From positions 1-40,174 of IMG/VR virus record IMGVR_UViG_3300033067_000852: a stretch of 40,174 bases of DNA. One strand, given 5' to 3'. The notes below the pieces were generated by a model. That model was not told the DNA's origin. It made no database searches and saw only the letters and a program-made list of their open reading frames with translations. Both the position numbers and the translations under genes were made by a program. Positions 6,403-14,911 of the stretch are shown piece after piece. This DNA is from a virus (Duplodnaviria > Caudoviricetes). Positions within the stretch are counted from its first letter, which is position 1. Each line of letters begins with the position of its first letter.

Positions 6403-8675
6403 TCCACGCACGCCGCGCATACTTGGACTTTGGAGCGGTCGGGCCGAAAGGCTCTGCCGAGACGCTACCGCCCGGCGCGTTCCTTGTCACGTTCCAAGGC
6501 GCACAGGTGCCGCTTGGGTTCGGTACGTCGGTGTCTGCGGGCTCAATCCTGCGCGGCACGTCAACCACGCTGACCATCCGCGTAGCCAACTCGGGGGCAA
6601 GCACGCTCGATTGGCTGGCATATGAGAAGTCCGGCGCGTCGTCGGCATGGTGGACCAACACGGACGGCGCGGCTACGTCGCTTGCGGCGGGCGACTATCA
6701 AGACCTTGTGTTCACCTTCGCCCCGCCCGCGAATCAGGCGGCGGGCACGTACGCGACCGAGTTCGCCCTGTCCGCTGGGCCGGTGCCGCTCTATGAAACC
6801 ACGTTCACCATCACGCACACGGTGACGGAGCCCGAGCCCGAGCCCGACACTGAGCCGCCCGTGGCACCATCAGGCTTCAAGGCGACGGCGGGCGATGGGT
6901 ACATCGACTACCAGTGGAACGGAGTAGCGACGGCGGAAACGTACCTGCTTGACGGTGGCACGGTGCAGGGCGGGCCGTACACGGTGTTTGAGTTCCAGCA
7001 AGCGGGCCTGTCCAAGCGAGTGACGGGCCTGACCAATGGCACGCCATACTACGCGGTGGTGTACGCGCTGAACACGATCACGGGCACGAGCGGGCCCGCT
7101 ACGGAAGTGGCCTGCACGCCCCGCAAGCCGCCCGACCCGGACCCGGACCCCGCACTGGGCACGCCGGAAATCACGTCGGTATCGGCCGGCCAGACGTTCG
7201 TAACCGTGCGATGGGGCGGGGTGTTCGGCGCAACGCTGTACTACATCCGCGTCCGCAATGCGGGTGGCACGATCGTTGCCGAGGGATCGACCGCAACGCT
7301 GGTAGCGACGATCACGGGGCTTACCGCATCGACGGCCTACACGGTCAAGGTGTCGGCGTTCAATGGGACGATCGAATCGCCCGAGTCAGCGCCGTATGCC
7401 TTCACGACCTCCGCGACTGGGAGTGGACCCGGTACGCCCGCGCTCCCGCGCGAGGACACGATGACGGTCTACATGATCTACAACTCATGGATCGACAACC
7501 CGTTCAACAACACGGCGAACATTCGCAAGGTCATGTCTACGTCGCTGGCTGGGCCAACGCCCATGCGGACCTATGGCGAGTTGGTGGGCGCGGCACTGGC
7601 GAACGAACCGAGCGGGCACCGGATGCTGTCTCTGTTCCACGTCGGATCGGGGCGCACGGACCTTGTAGACCTTGCAACGGGAGTCACGCCATACACGTTC
7701 GTTGAATCGCAGGGATACGCCAATGACTCGGTATGGGCCGAGGGAATGTTGGACTTCTGGGCTGGGCTTGGCGTCGATCCCGAGATTGTTGCCCTCGATG
7801 AAGAGAACCTGGGCTATGGGAACGCGGGCTATTTGCTGCCCTTCTGGGACACGCTGGGCGCGAGCGGGCCGGAGCGTGCGTCCAAGTTCGCTCAAATCTT
7901 CGCGAGTGAAACGCTCCGCAAGCGGCTTCCGCCCAAGTTGCGGGTTTCGTCAGTTGCGGCCATGAGCCTGATTGACAATCTTTACCAGCATCCAAACTCA
8001 TACCTTGCGGGCGAGTGGAACCAGTACATTCTGAGCAAGCGGGCGGAGTCTTTGAAGCGGATCGTGATTGATACATGCGTGCAGGTGCGTGGAACGGTCC
8101 CGCGATACTTCAACTACGACGACGAGCGGATGGTGCGGGCGCGGTTGCGGCTGGACGGCATGAACTACCCAGCATCGACGCGGGCCATGGGCACGATCAC
8201 TTCGATGCCCCTCTACATTGCGGCCCAGACCAATACGAACTTCATTCTTGGCGACGGCTGGCGTGCGGCGGCTGGGCTTGCACCGCTTACAAAGGCCCCG
8301 AGGTGGAACGACTTTATCCGGCATGTGAACGCGATGCGGGGCGCACGGCAACCACAGTTCAACTGGTTTGCACGCTTGCGGTACAACGGCGACAACGTAG
8401 CCTTTGACGCTAACCCGCAGAACGCGGTTGACTTGCTGAAACACGCGGCGGCGATGGGTCAGCGTGAGCATGTTTGGTTTGCGACGAACGCAACACAGTC
8501 AGAGATGAATGAGTACCAGCAGGTCATCGAGCGGATAGAGGTCGGCACGCTCCCGGCGCGTCGGCTACCGCAGATCCCATTGGACGCGGATCGTGTTGTG
8601 ACTGGCGACGTTGTGACGGAGTACGACGAGGACGCTTGGACGGCGGGAGGGACTTATGGCCCAGTTGAAGTGTGA
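6399..8675 (+). CDS. Multidomain protein: Ig-like domain, two fibronectin type III domains, C-terminal putative glycoside-hydrolase-like domain
   Basis: FN3 signatures (PVAPSG...W...Y...VTGLTNGTPYY; W...Y...ITGLTASTAYTVKVSAFN) and PE/PD-rich linkers. The C-terminal acidic motifs (VALDEEN, FNYDD) only suggest a catalytic domain. Confidence 0.7.
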   Translation: MIHARRAYLDFGAVGPKGSAETLPPGAFLVTFQGAQVPLGFGTSVSAGSILRGTSTTLTIRVANSGASTLDWLAYEKSGASSAWWTNTDGAATSLAAGDYQDLVFTFAPPANQAAGTYATEFALSAGPVPLYETTFTITHTVTEPEPEPDTEPPVAPSGFKATAGDGYIDYQWNGVATAETYLLDGGTVQGGPYTVFEFQQAGLSKRVTGLTNGTPYYAVVYALNTITGTSGPATEVACTPRKPPDPDPDPALGTPEITSVSAGQTFVTVRWGGVFGATLYYIRVRNAGGTIVAEGSTATLVATITGLTASTAYTVKVSAFNGTIESPESAPYAFTTSATGSGPGTPALPREDTMTVYMIYNSWIDNPFNNTANIRKVMSTSLAGPTPMRTYGELVGAALANEPSGHRMLSLFHVGSGRTDLVDLATGVTPYTFVESQGYANDSVWAEGMLDFWAGLGVDPEIVALDEENLGYGNAGYLLPFWDTLGASGPERASKFAQIFASETLRKRLPPKLRVSSVAAMSLIDNLYQHPNSYLAGEWNQYILSKRAESLKRIVIDTCVQVRGTVPRYFNYDDERMVRARLRLDGMNYPASTRAMGTITSMPLYIAAQTNTNFILGDGWRAAAGLAPLTKAPRWNDFIRHVNAMRGARQPQFNWFARLRYNGDNVAFDANPQNAVDLLKHAAAMGQREHVWFATNATQSEMNEYQQVIERIEVGTLPARRLPQIPLDADRVVTGDVVTEYDEDAWTAGGTYGPVEV

Positions 8676-9237
8676 CAAGTGCGGGCTCGCCGAACGTTGC
8701 AAGGGCGAACTGTTCTGCCGACGCTGCTACGTGCGGCTGTTCGGGCACGAGCCGGAGAGCAAGGGATCGCGGCTGAAGTACGTGGCTATGGCCCCGCTTG
8801 TGGCCATGGCTGGCTGTGCGTCAAGCCTTGCGTCGCAGGTCAAGCCGTCTGGTACAAGGTTTTCTGTTGCAAACGATGCCCCGTGCGGCCAAACGTGGTG
8901 GCAGCAGATCGCGGGCCTTGGCGTGCTGAACTGGATGGGCGGGCTGCTGATCCTTGCGGGCGGCGTGGCGTTTGTTGGCGCGTTCGTCCCGGCAGTCGGT
9001 GCCCTGTTCCCGAAGAAAATGGCCGTCTCGTGCGTCATCGCTGGCGTTGCGTCGATCCTGCTTTACAACTTCCTGACCGAGTACCTATGGGCGGTGTACC
9101 TGACGCTGGCGGCGGGTGGCTTGCTTGCCTTGCTCGCGTACCGGCATTGGCTCTGGGAGAAACTGGTCGGCGTAGCGGAGATGGTCGTGCAGAGGGATTT
9201 GGACAAGAGCGGGGGCATCGGCCCAAACGAGGAGTAG
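8656..9237 (+). CDS. Membrane protein with an N-terminal CxxC..CxxC, a lipobox-like AMAGC and three TM helices; candidate lysis protein
   Basis: Hydrophobic segments and VAMAGCASS visible in the translation. Confidence 0.6.
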   Translation: MAQLKCDKCGLAERCKGELFCRRCYVRLFGHEPESKGSRLKYVAMAPLVAMAGCASSLASQVKPSGTRFSVANDAPCGQTWWQQIAGLGVLNWMGGLLILAGGVAFVGAFVPAVGALFPKKMAVSCVIAGVASILLYNFLTEYLWAVYLTLAAGGLLALLAYRHWLWEKLVGVAEMVVQRDLDKSGGIGPNEE

Positions 9238-9241
9238 AGAT

Positions 9242-9406
9242 ATGAGTTGCGAAACAAACTGCGCAGACAAGGCCAAGGCGGACACGAGCGACGCCTACGA
9301 AAAGCACGCGGCGGGGCAGATCACACTCCAGCAACTCAAAGACGAGTTGGAACGCATTTGGAATGCGTACATCGCCTGCCTCGACGACTGCCTTGCACAG
9401 CCATAA
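9242..9406 (+). CDS. Small helical protein, 54 aa, with terminal CxxxC pairs (MSCETNC...IACLDDCLAQP)
   Basis: Manual translation; GGAG upstream; fills the gap between its neighbours. Confidence 0.65.
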   Translation: MSCETNCADKAKADTSDAYEKHAAGQITLQQLKDELERIWNAYIACLDDCLAQP

Positions 9407-9415
9407 GGGGTCCGC

Positions 9416-9766
9416 ATGTCGTCTACAGAAGTTTCCACAATCAAGGCGTTCCTCCAATCGGGAGACAAGCGGCACATGCTGTACGTCAATGCTGTAGTAG
9501 CGGTGGTCACTGCCGCGCTCACGGGCGGCGTTGTGACGTACACACAGCCCAAGCCCGTTGGCGAGGAACGCCTGAAAGAAATCGTGCAACTCGCGATCAC
9601 GCCGCTTACCTACCGCGTCGAAGCGGCAGAAACGGTCGCAAAGGACGCGAAGGCAATCGCCGACAAGATACAGGGCAACATCCTTCTCTCGCTCTCGGAA
9701 CTGAACTCGAAGATTGCGGTTATGGCCGAGAGCGTTGCACGGATCGACGAAAGGACGAAGCGGTAA
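9416..9766 (+). CDS. Single-TM coiled-coil protein (holin/spanin-like candidate)
   Basis: TM segment YVNAVVAVVTAALTGGVVTY followed by heptad pattern ending VARIDERT. Confidence 0.6.
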   Translation: MSSTEVSTIKAFLQSGDKRHMLYVNAVVAVVTAALTGGVVTYTQPKPVGEERLKEIVQLAITPLTYRVEAAETVAKDAKAIADKIQGNILLSLSELNSKIAVMAESVARIDERTKR

Positions 9767-10398
9767 TGGAATCTTTCGGCAACACCAGACCTGACGAGCG
9801 ATCCGTGGCTGTTGTGGAGTGGTTCCGCAAGGCGGACGGGAAGGCGTACATCCGCTTCGACGACGATAGCCGCCCCTTCTGCTTTGTCAACGAGGGCGAG
9901 GCGGCGGCATTCGAGGAAGCGGCGAACGCACAGGGCTGGCAGTACAAGATGGTGGGCTACGACGACTTCACGAACCGGCGAACGTACCACGTGACGGAGA
10001 TGCCTAAGCGGGAGTTGGCCAGCATCGACCCCACGAAAGACATGGGGATCAAGTCGCTCAACAAGACCATGCGTCGGCGCGGGAAGCGAATCCAAACGGC
10101 GGGCATCCTGCCAGCGGTGGAGCGGTTGCTACGCCTGTCCAGTGAAATCACGATCGGGCAGATGAGCGCGAAGGAGGCAGACGACACGGCGGAAGAACGC
10201 GCCCGCGTGGAGCGGGAGCGGGACAAGGGGGCAGATAGGGCGGTCCACATTGTTCGTGCGGCGATCCAAGCCGAGGCACTCAATCAGGCTGACGAGCACT
10301 TTGACGAAAAGAACGAACGCATTGACGACGGGAAGCCAACGGACTTGCACGGCGTGAAGGCGTACCGGATCGACACTGAGACAGAGGGGTTAGTGTGA
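9766..10398 (+). CDS. Putative terminase small subunit (MESFGNTRP...)
   Basis: Immediately upstream of and overlapping TerL; helical, charged C-terminal half; TAATG overlap at the start. Assigned mainly by position. Confidence 0.55.
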   Translation: MESFGNTRPDERSVAVVEWFRKADGKAYIRFDDDSRPFCFVNEGEAAAFEEAANAQGWQYKMVGYDDFTNRRTYHVTEMPKRELASIDPTKDMGIKSLNKTMRRRGKRIQTAGILPAVERLLRLSSEITIGQMSAKEADDTAEERARVERERDKGADRAVHIVRAAIQAEALNQADEHFDEKNERIDDGKPTDLHGVKAYRIDTETEGLV

Positions 10399-11714
10399 TT
10401 GCAACTGCTCCCAATCCCGCAATGACGTACGAACCACGCGGCGGCGCGTTGGCTTTGTTCCGTTGCCGGGACCGGGAGATTGTGTACGTCGGGCCAGCGG
10501 GCACGGGAAAGACGCGGGCGGTGTTGGAGAAACTCTTTCTCGCGTGCATGAAGTACCCGAGGATGCGGGCCGCGATTGTCCGCAAGACGCGGGCGAGCCT
10601 CACCGAATCGGCAATGGTAACGTTTGAAAACAAGGTGTGCGACCCCAATCAACTGGTAGCGCAGGGGGTTCGCCGCCAGTTCCGCCACTCGTACCTCTTC
10701 AAGAACGGGTCTGAAATCGTGCTTGGCGGTATGGCGAACATGGCCGAGTCAACCAAGGTCATGTCAACGGAATACGACATCATCCTCACAATCGAGTCTA
10801 CGGAGTTGTCTGAGGACGACATCGAGAAGTTGAAAACACGCCTACGCAATGGTGTCATGCCCTACCAGCAACTCATCGCCGAATGCAACCCGTCAGGCCC
10901 CGGGCACTGGCTGAAGCGGCGCATCGACACGGGCAAGGCGACGGAGATTCTGTCACGGCACACTGATAACCCATCGCTGACGCAAGAATACCTGAACTCC
11001 CTTGCGGGGCTTACTGGCCATCGTCGCTCCCGCCTGTTCCTTGGGCAATGGGCGGCGGCTGAGGGGCTTGTCTATGACGGGTGGGACCGCAACAAGCATC
11101 TCATCGACGCGATGCCTACGGGCTGGGAGGCGTGGCCAAAGTATCGGTGCATCGACTTCGGGTTTACCAATCCGTTTGTGTGCCAGTGGTGGGCGGTGAA
11201 CGGGGACGGCGAGGCGTACCTGTATCGCGAGTTGTACCGATCGGGCGTGACGATCGACAACCACGCCAAGCGGATCAACGAACTGTCGGCAGGCGAGAAG
11301 TACGAGTATTCCGTCTCTGACCACGATTCGGGCGAGCGGGAGTTCCTCGCCCACCAAGGCATCGACACCATCGCGGCGATAAAGGACGTGACGACGGGAA
11401 TTCAGACCGTCGCCGATCGGTTGCGCGTCAAGGCCAACGGTCGCCCGTCCCTGTTCATTCTGCGAAGCGCGCTTGTTGAACGCGACCCGGCACTGACCGA
11501 GCGCGGCAAGCCGCAGGGGTTGGCGGAAGAGATTGAAAACTATATGTGGCACCCGTCGAAGGACGGAAAGGCGGACAAAGAGGAACCGATCAAGGAACAC
11601 GATCACGCGTGCGATGCGTGCCGGTATCTGATGGTGTCGCTTGCACAGCCGCAAGTCCCCTACCTCATCGTTCTCGACGATCCTGTAGCCCGCGAAGAGG
11701 AGATTTGGCAGTGA
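10395..11714 (+). CDS. terL: Terminase large subunit (PBSX-like)
   Basis: Walker A GPAGTGKT, CNP...HWL motif, nuclease motifs IDFGFTNP and DHACDACRY. Confidence 0.95.
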   Translation: MIATAPNPAMTYEPRGGALALFRCRDREIVYVGPAGTGKTRAVLEKLFLACMKYPRMRAAIVRKTRASLTESAMVTFENKVCDPNQLVAQGVRRQFRHSYLFKNGSEIVLGGMANMAESTKVMSTEYDIILTIESTELSEDDIEKLKTRLRNGVMPYQQLIAECNPSGPGHWLKRRIDTGKATEILSRHTDNPSLTQEYLNSLAGLTGHRRSRLFLGQWAAAEGLVYDGWDRNKHLIDAMPTGWEAWPKYRCIDFGFTNPFVCQWWAVNGDGEAYLYRELYRSGVTIDNHAKRINELSAGEKYEYSVSDHDSGEREFLAHQGIDTIAAIKDVTTGIQTVADRLRVKANGRPSLFILRSALVERDPALTERGKPQGLAEEIENYMWHPSKDGKADKEEPIKEHDHACDACRYLMVSLAQPQVPYLIVLDDPVAREEEIWQ

Positions 11715-11887
11715 AGAACGCCATCGCCGTGCTGTTGCTGTTCGTGGCGTATTGGGCTGGCGTGTCCAGCCTTGTGATTGCCGTTCTCGACCTTGCGGGT
11801 TGGCGATACCCGCTCGCCGCTGCCATTCTGTGCGTGGCTGTGTCGCTGGCCTTGATTGATCGCGGTGGCAAGCCGCCCGGGAGTTGA
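11711..11887 (+). CDS. Small two-TM membrane protein between TerL and portal
   Basis: GTGA overlap; 58-aa hydrophobic sequence. Confidence 0.65.
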   Translation: MKNAIAVLLLFVAYWAGVSSLVIAVLDLAGWRYPLAAAILCVAVSLALIDRGGKPPGS

Positions 11888-11889
11888 CT

Positions 11890-14091
11890 ATGGGTTTCCT
11901 CAAAGACTGGCTCGTATCTCGGGTGATTGGTCAGAAGTCCTACGACCAATGGGCCGGGTCCACCATCCGCCTCTCCGACACGTCCACATCATCCGCAATC
12001 GACCCCGCATCCCTGCGTGCCATGGCCTACGCGGTCGGGCACGTTGACCGCTGTGCCAACATGATTAGCAAGGTGGCGAGCCAGCATCAACCCCGTTTGT
12101 TCCGGCGCGGCAAGGCCAAGGGGTTGGCGGGCAAGCCCGTCAGTAAGGCAACGCTCGCGCTGTTGAAGGGCCACACCGAAACACGCATCGGCACCAAGGC
12201 CATGTCGATGGTGCAGTCTGACGACGCGGTAGAGATTGAGTCGGGCGATGCGGTTGACTTCATCCGCCAGCCGTGCCCACTGTACTCCGGAGCCGAGTGG
12301 CGGTATCTGAACACCTACCACATGCAGATTTGCGGCGACTGGTGGGCGCATTCGGCGGAAGGCCCCGAGGGTGGGATTGGCCTTTTCCCGATGCTCCCCC
12401 AGTTCGTGAGTCTGCGACTGTCGCCCGAGGGCCATATCGCCCGCGTGCTGTACGCGCGTGATGGATCGCGCAAGGGCGGCGTAGGCCAAGAGTTCGATCC
12501 CGAGGAATGCTTCTCGTGGCGGTTCCGCCCTTCGCGCACGAGCCTGTACCGTGGCGAGGGGTGGCTGGTGGGTTGCGTGCAGGAAGCGGCGTTGCTGCAA
12601 ACCGCCCTGCTCGCCCAGTCGAAGTCGTGGGAGAATATGCAGCGGCCCGATTGGGTCTACATGCTCCCGCCCACGGCGACCGCGGCGCAGGTGCAGGACG
12701 TGCGCGATGCCCTCAACTCGCGGCACGGCGGGCCAACACGCACGCACAAGCCGCTGGTGGGCGTGGGCGCAACGGTCGAAACGCTGTCATTCTCCCCGAA
12801 GGATTCGCAGTTCGACACCCAAATCGAGCGCATGCAGGACGCGATTCGGCAAGCCGCTGGCATCCCCGAGCCCCTGTTCGATATGACCGACACGACGTTT
12901 GCGAACGCGGATACTTCGGTGATTATCTTCGCCCGCGACACGATCCAGCCGCTGCTCAACACCATCGCCGAACAAGACTCGAAACAGTTGCTCCCGCTCG
13001 TGGGGCTGGACCCCGCCGACTACTTCATCGCGTACACGGATGTTGTGCCGGAATCGTCCGCGGATAGAACGCAGAAGGTCAGCATTGCCGCAAGTGTGGC
13101 GACGATCAACGAACGCCGCAAGTGGCTGGGGCTGGAAGAGGTCGAATGGGGCGACGAACAGCCCGCAGACCCTACGGCGTCGCTGTCGGGTGGTGCCCAG
13201 AATCCAAATGCGGCAAATGCGGAAGATATGCGGCAAATGCGGAATCCAAAGGAATCCGCTGGGAGCGAAGCACTACCCGAGGACACTGCCAAGTCCGCCC
13301 GCAAAGCCCTCTACATCCCATGCACCGGCTATGCAGAATGCGCATGCGGGGCCGAACGTGGGCACGTCCACAAGTCAACGCCAAACCCCCTGTCGGAGGC
13401 GGGCATCCAACGCTTCGCCAACGCCGTGGAGTTGTGGATGCGCCGCAACCCCGACCGAATCTCGATCAACCCCAACGGCACGGTGGACCTTGGCGACGCC
13501 GCCGACGAGTTGGCCAAGTTGCTGGACGATCCGCTGTCAGCCGTGACCGACCGGGCGATTGGGAACATTCTGGGCAAGTACCCCGACAAGGCCCCGATGC
13601 TCCGGCCCGAGGCTACGCGCGGGTTCGTTGACAACTACCGCGTCCAGTTGGCTCGCGGCATCACCGACCGCCTGTCGTCCGACCTGACGACCGCGATCCA
13701 AGGCGGCATCAACTCGGGCGGGGGGCTGGCCGAAACACTCGCCGCTGTCCGCCAGCAGTTGCCCGAGGAAGCGGGCTGGCGTGCCCTGCGCATCGCCAAC
13801 ACCGAAACCGCCACCATGGAGGGTGAGGCAAGCGTGTTCGGCTGGGAACAGGTCGGGATCGAAAAGAAAGAATGGATGCTCGCGGCGGGCGGGTGCCCAA
13901 TCTGCGAGGCGTTCGTGGCCCAGTACGCGAGCGAACCCGTGGCGATTGGCCACATTTACGCGCCGACCGGAACGACCATAACCGGCACGGACGGCACCAC
14001 TTACACCACATACCGCGACGTGAAGTCGGCACCGCTGCACCCGAACTGCCGGTGTATCGACTTGCCCGTCTTGGGAGGGAATGACCAATGA
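11890..14091 (+). CDS. Portal protein fused to a MuF-like (SPP1 gp7-type) minor head domain
   Basis: HK97-type portal features (LSFSPKDSQF, TFAN, TINERRKWLGL); C-terminal RIANTE...KEW...CPIC...PLHPNCRC is the MuF signature. Confidence 0.88.
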   Translation: MGFLKDWLVSRVIGQKSYDQWAGSTIRLSDTSTSSAIDPASLRAMAYAVGHVDRCANMISKVASQHQPRLFRRGKAKGLAGKPVSKATLALLKGHTETRIGTKAMSMVQSDDAVEIESGDAVDFIRQPCPLYSGAEWRYLNTYHMQICGDWWAHSAEGPEGGIGLFPMLPQFVSLRLSPEGHIARVLYARDGSRKGGVGQEFDPEECFSWRFRPSRTSLYRGEGWLVGCVQEAALLQTALLAQSKSWENMQRPDWVYMLPPTATAAQVQDVRDALNSRHGGPTRTHKPLVGVGATVETLSFSPKDSQFDTQIERMQDAIRQAAGIPEPLFDMTDTTFANADTSVIIFARDTIQPLLNTIAEQDSKQLLPLVGLDPADYFIAYTDVVPESSADRTQKVSIAASVATINERRKWLGLEEVEWGDEQPADPTASLSGGAQNPNAANAEDMRQMRNPKESAGSEALPEDTAKSARKALYIPCTGYAECACGAERGHVHKSTPNPLSEAGIQRFANAVELWMRRNPDRISINPNGTVDLGDAADELAKLLDDPLSAVTDRAIGNILGKYPDKAPMLRPEATRGFVDNYRVQLARGITDRLSSDLTTAIQGGINSGGGLAETLAAVRQQLPEEAGWRALRIANTETATMEGEASVFGWEQVGIEKKEWMLAAGGCPICEAFVAQYASEPVAIGHIYAPTGTTITGTDGTTYTTYRDVKSAPLHPNCRCIDLPVLGGNDQ
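13208..13244 (+). repeat. 17-bp direct repeat ATGCGGCAAATGCGGAA with 20-bp period
   Basis: Copies at 13208-13224 and 13228-13244 in the portal-MuF linker. Confidence 0.85.
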
Positions 14092-14795
14092 CTGACCGCA
14101 TCGAACGCATGAGGAAACGCCTTGGGCTGGCCGAGAGCGACCCCCTCGGCATGTTCGGCACCTACGGCGAGGGCACGGAAATCACCGAATCGCCCGACGG
14201 CGGTATGACCCTCAAAATGGTCATCACCACCGACGCGGTTGACTTGGACGGTGACATTGTGAATCCCGACGGGGCTGATTGGTCCTATTGGGAGAAACTC
14301 GGGTACCCGTTCTACGTTGACCACGAGTACGAAATCGACAACATCGCCGGGCGCGGTCGGCCCAAGTCCCTGAAACTCGTCAAACTGGGCGGCATGAGCG
14401 GCTGGACCATCAGCGTCGGCGTGCGCAAGACCGAGGAAGGTATGGCCATCGCCTCCATCGTCAGGGACTTCGGGCAGATTGGCGCGTCCATTGGCTTCAA
14501 GGCGTTGGAGTACCGCCAGCCGAACGCGGAAGAGTCCAAGCGGTTCGGGGTGTCGGGAATCAAGGCAAGCCGCGTCATCACCAAATGGCTGGGGCTCGAA
14601 ACGTCCTTTACGATGATGCCCTGCAACCCGACCGCTGGCGGCAAGGCTGAGAAGATGCTGAACGAACTGGACCGCATGGTGACTAAGGGCGCGATCACGC
14701 TCAAGGCCGCGCACGCCCTGGGCCTCCCCGAAAAAGTCAAGGCCGAGACTAGAACCGACGCCCCAAAGCGGCGTATTATCTGGTGCGGCAAGTAA
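14088..14795 (+). CDS. Prohead maturation protease (HK97-type)
   Basis: VDLDGDIV.P.G, DHEY (His), ASIGF (Ser), LETSF..MPCNP motifs; position before the capsid gene. Confidence 0.88.
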   Translation: MTDRIERMRKRLGLAESDPLGMFGTYGEGTEITESPDGGMTLKMVITTDAVDLDGDIVNPDGADWSYWEKLGYPFYVDHEYEIDNIAGRGRPKSLKLVKLGGMSGWTISVGVRKTEEGMAIASIVRDFGQIGASIGFKALEYRQPNAEESKRFGVSGIKASRVITKWLGLETSFTMMPCNPTAGGKAEKMLNELDRMVTKGAITLKAAHALGLPEKVKAETRTDAPKRRIIWCGK

Positions 14796-14849
14796 GCCGC
14801 GCGTATCGACAGCCCGGCTGCCCGCGTTGCTCGCCGCTGCAAAGCGTCC

Positions 14850-14908
14850 TGCCTCCGCCGTCACGGTCCTCGAAGTCATCGAGTGGATCAACGTGATAGC
14901 GGAGTGCA
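14850..14908 (+). promoter_or_regulatory. Long hairpin occluding the major capsid Shine-Dalgarno
   Basis: tgcctccgccgtcacg pairs with cgtgatagcggagtgca, which includes GGAG at 14901-14904. Confidence 0.55.
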
Positions 14909-14911
14909 AAC

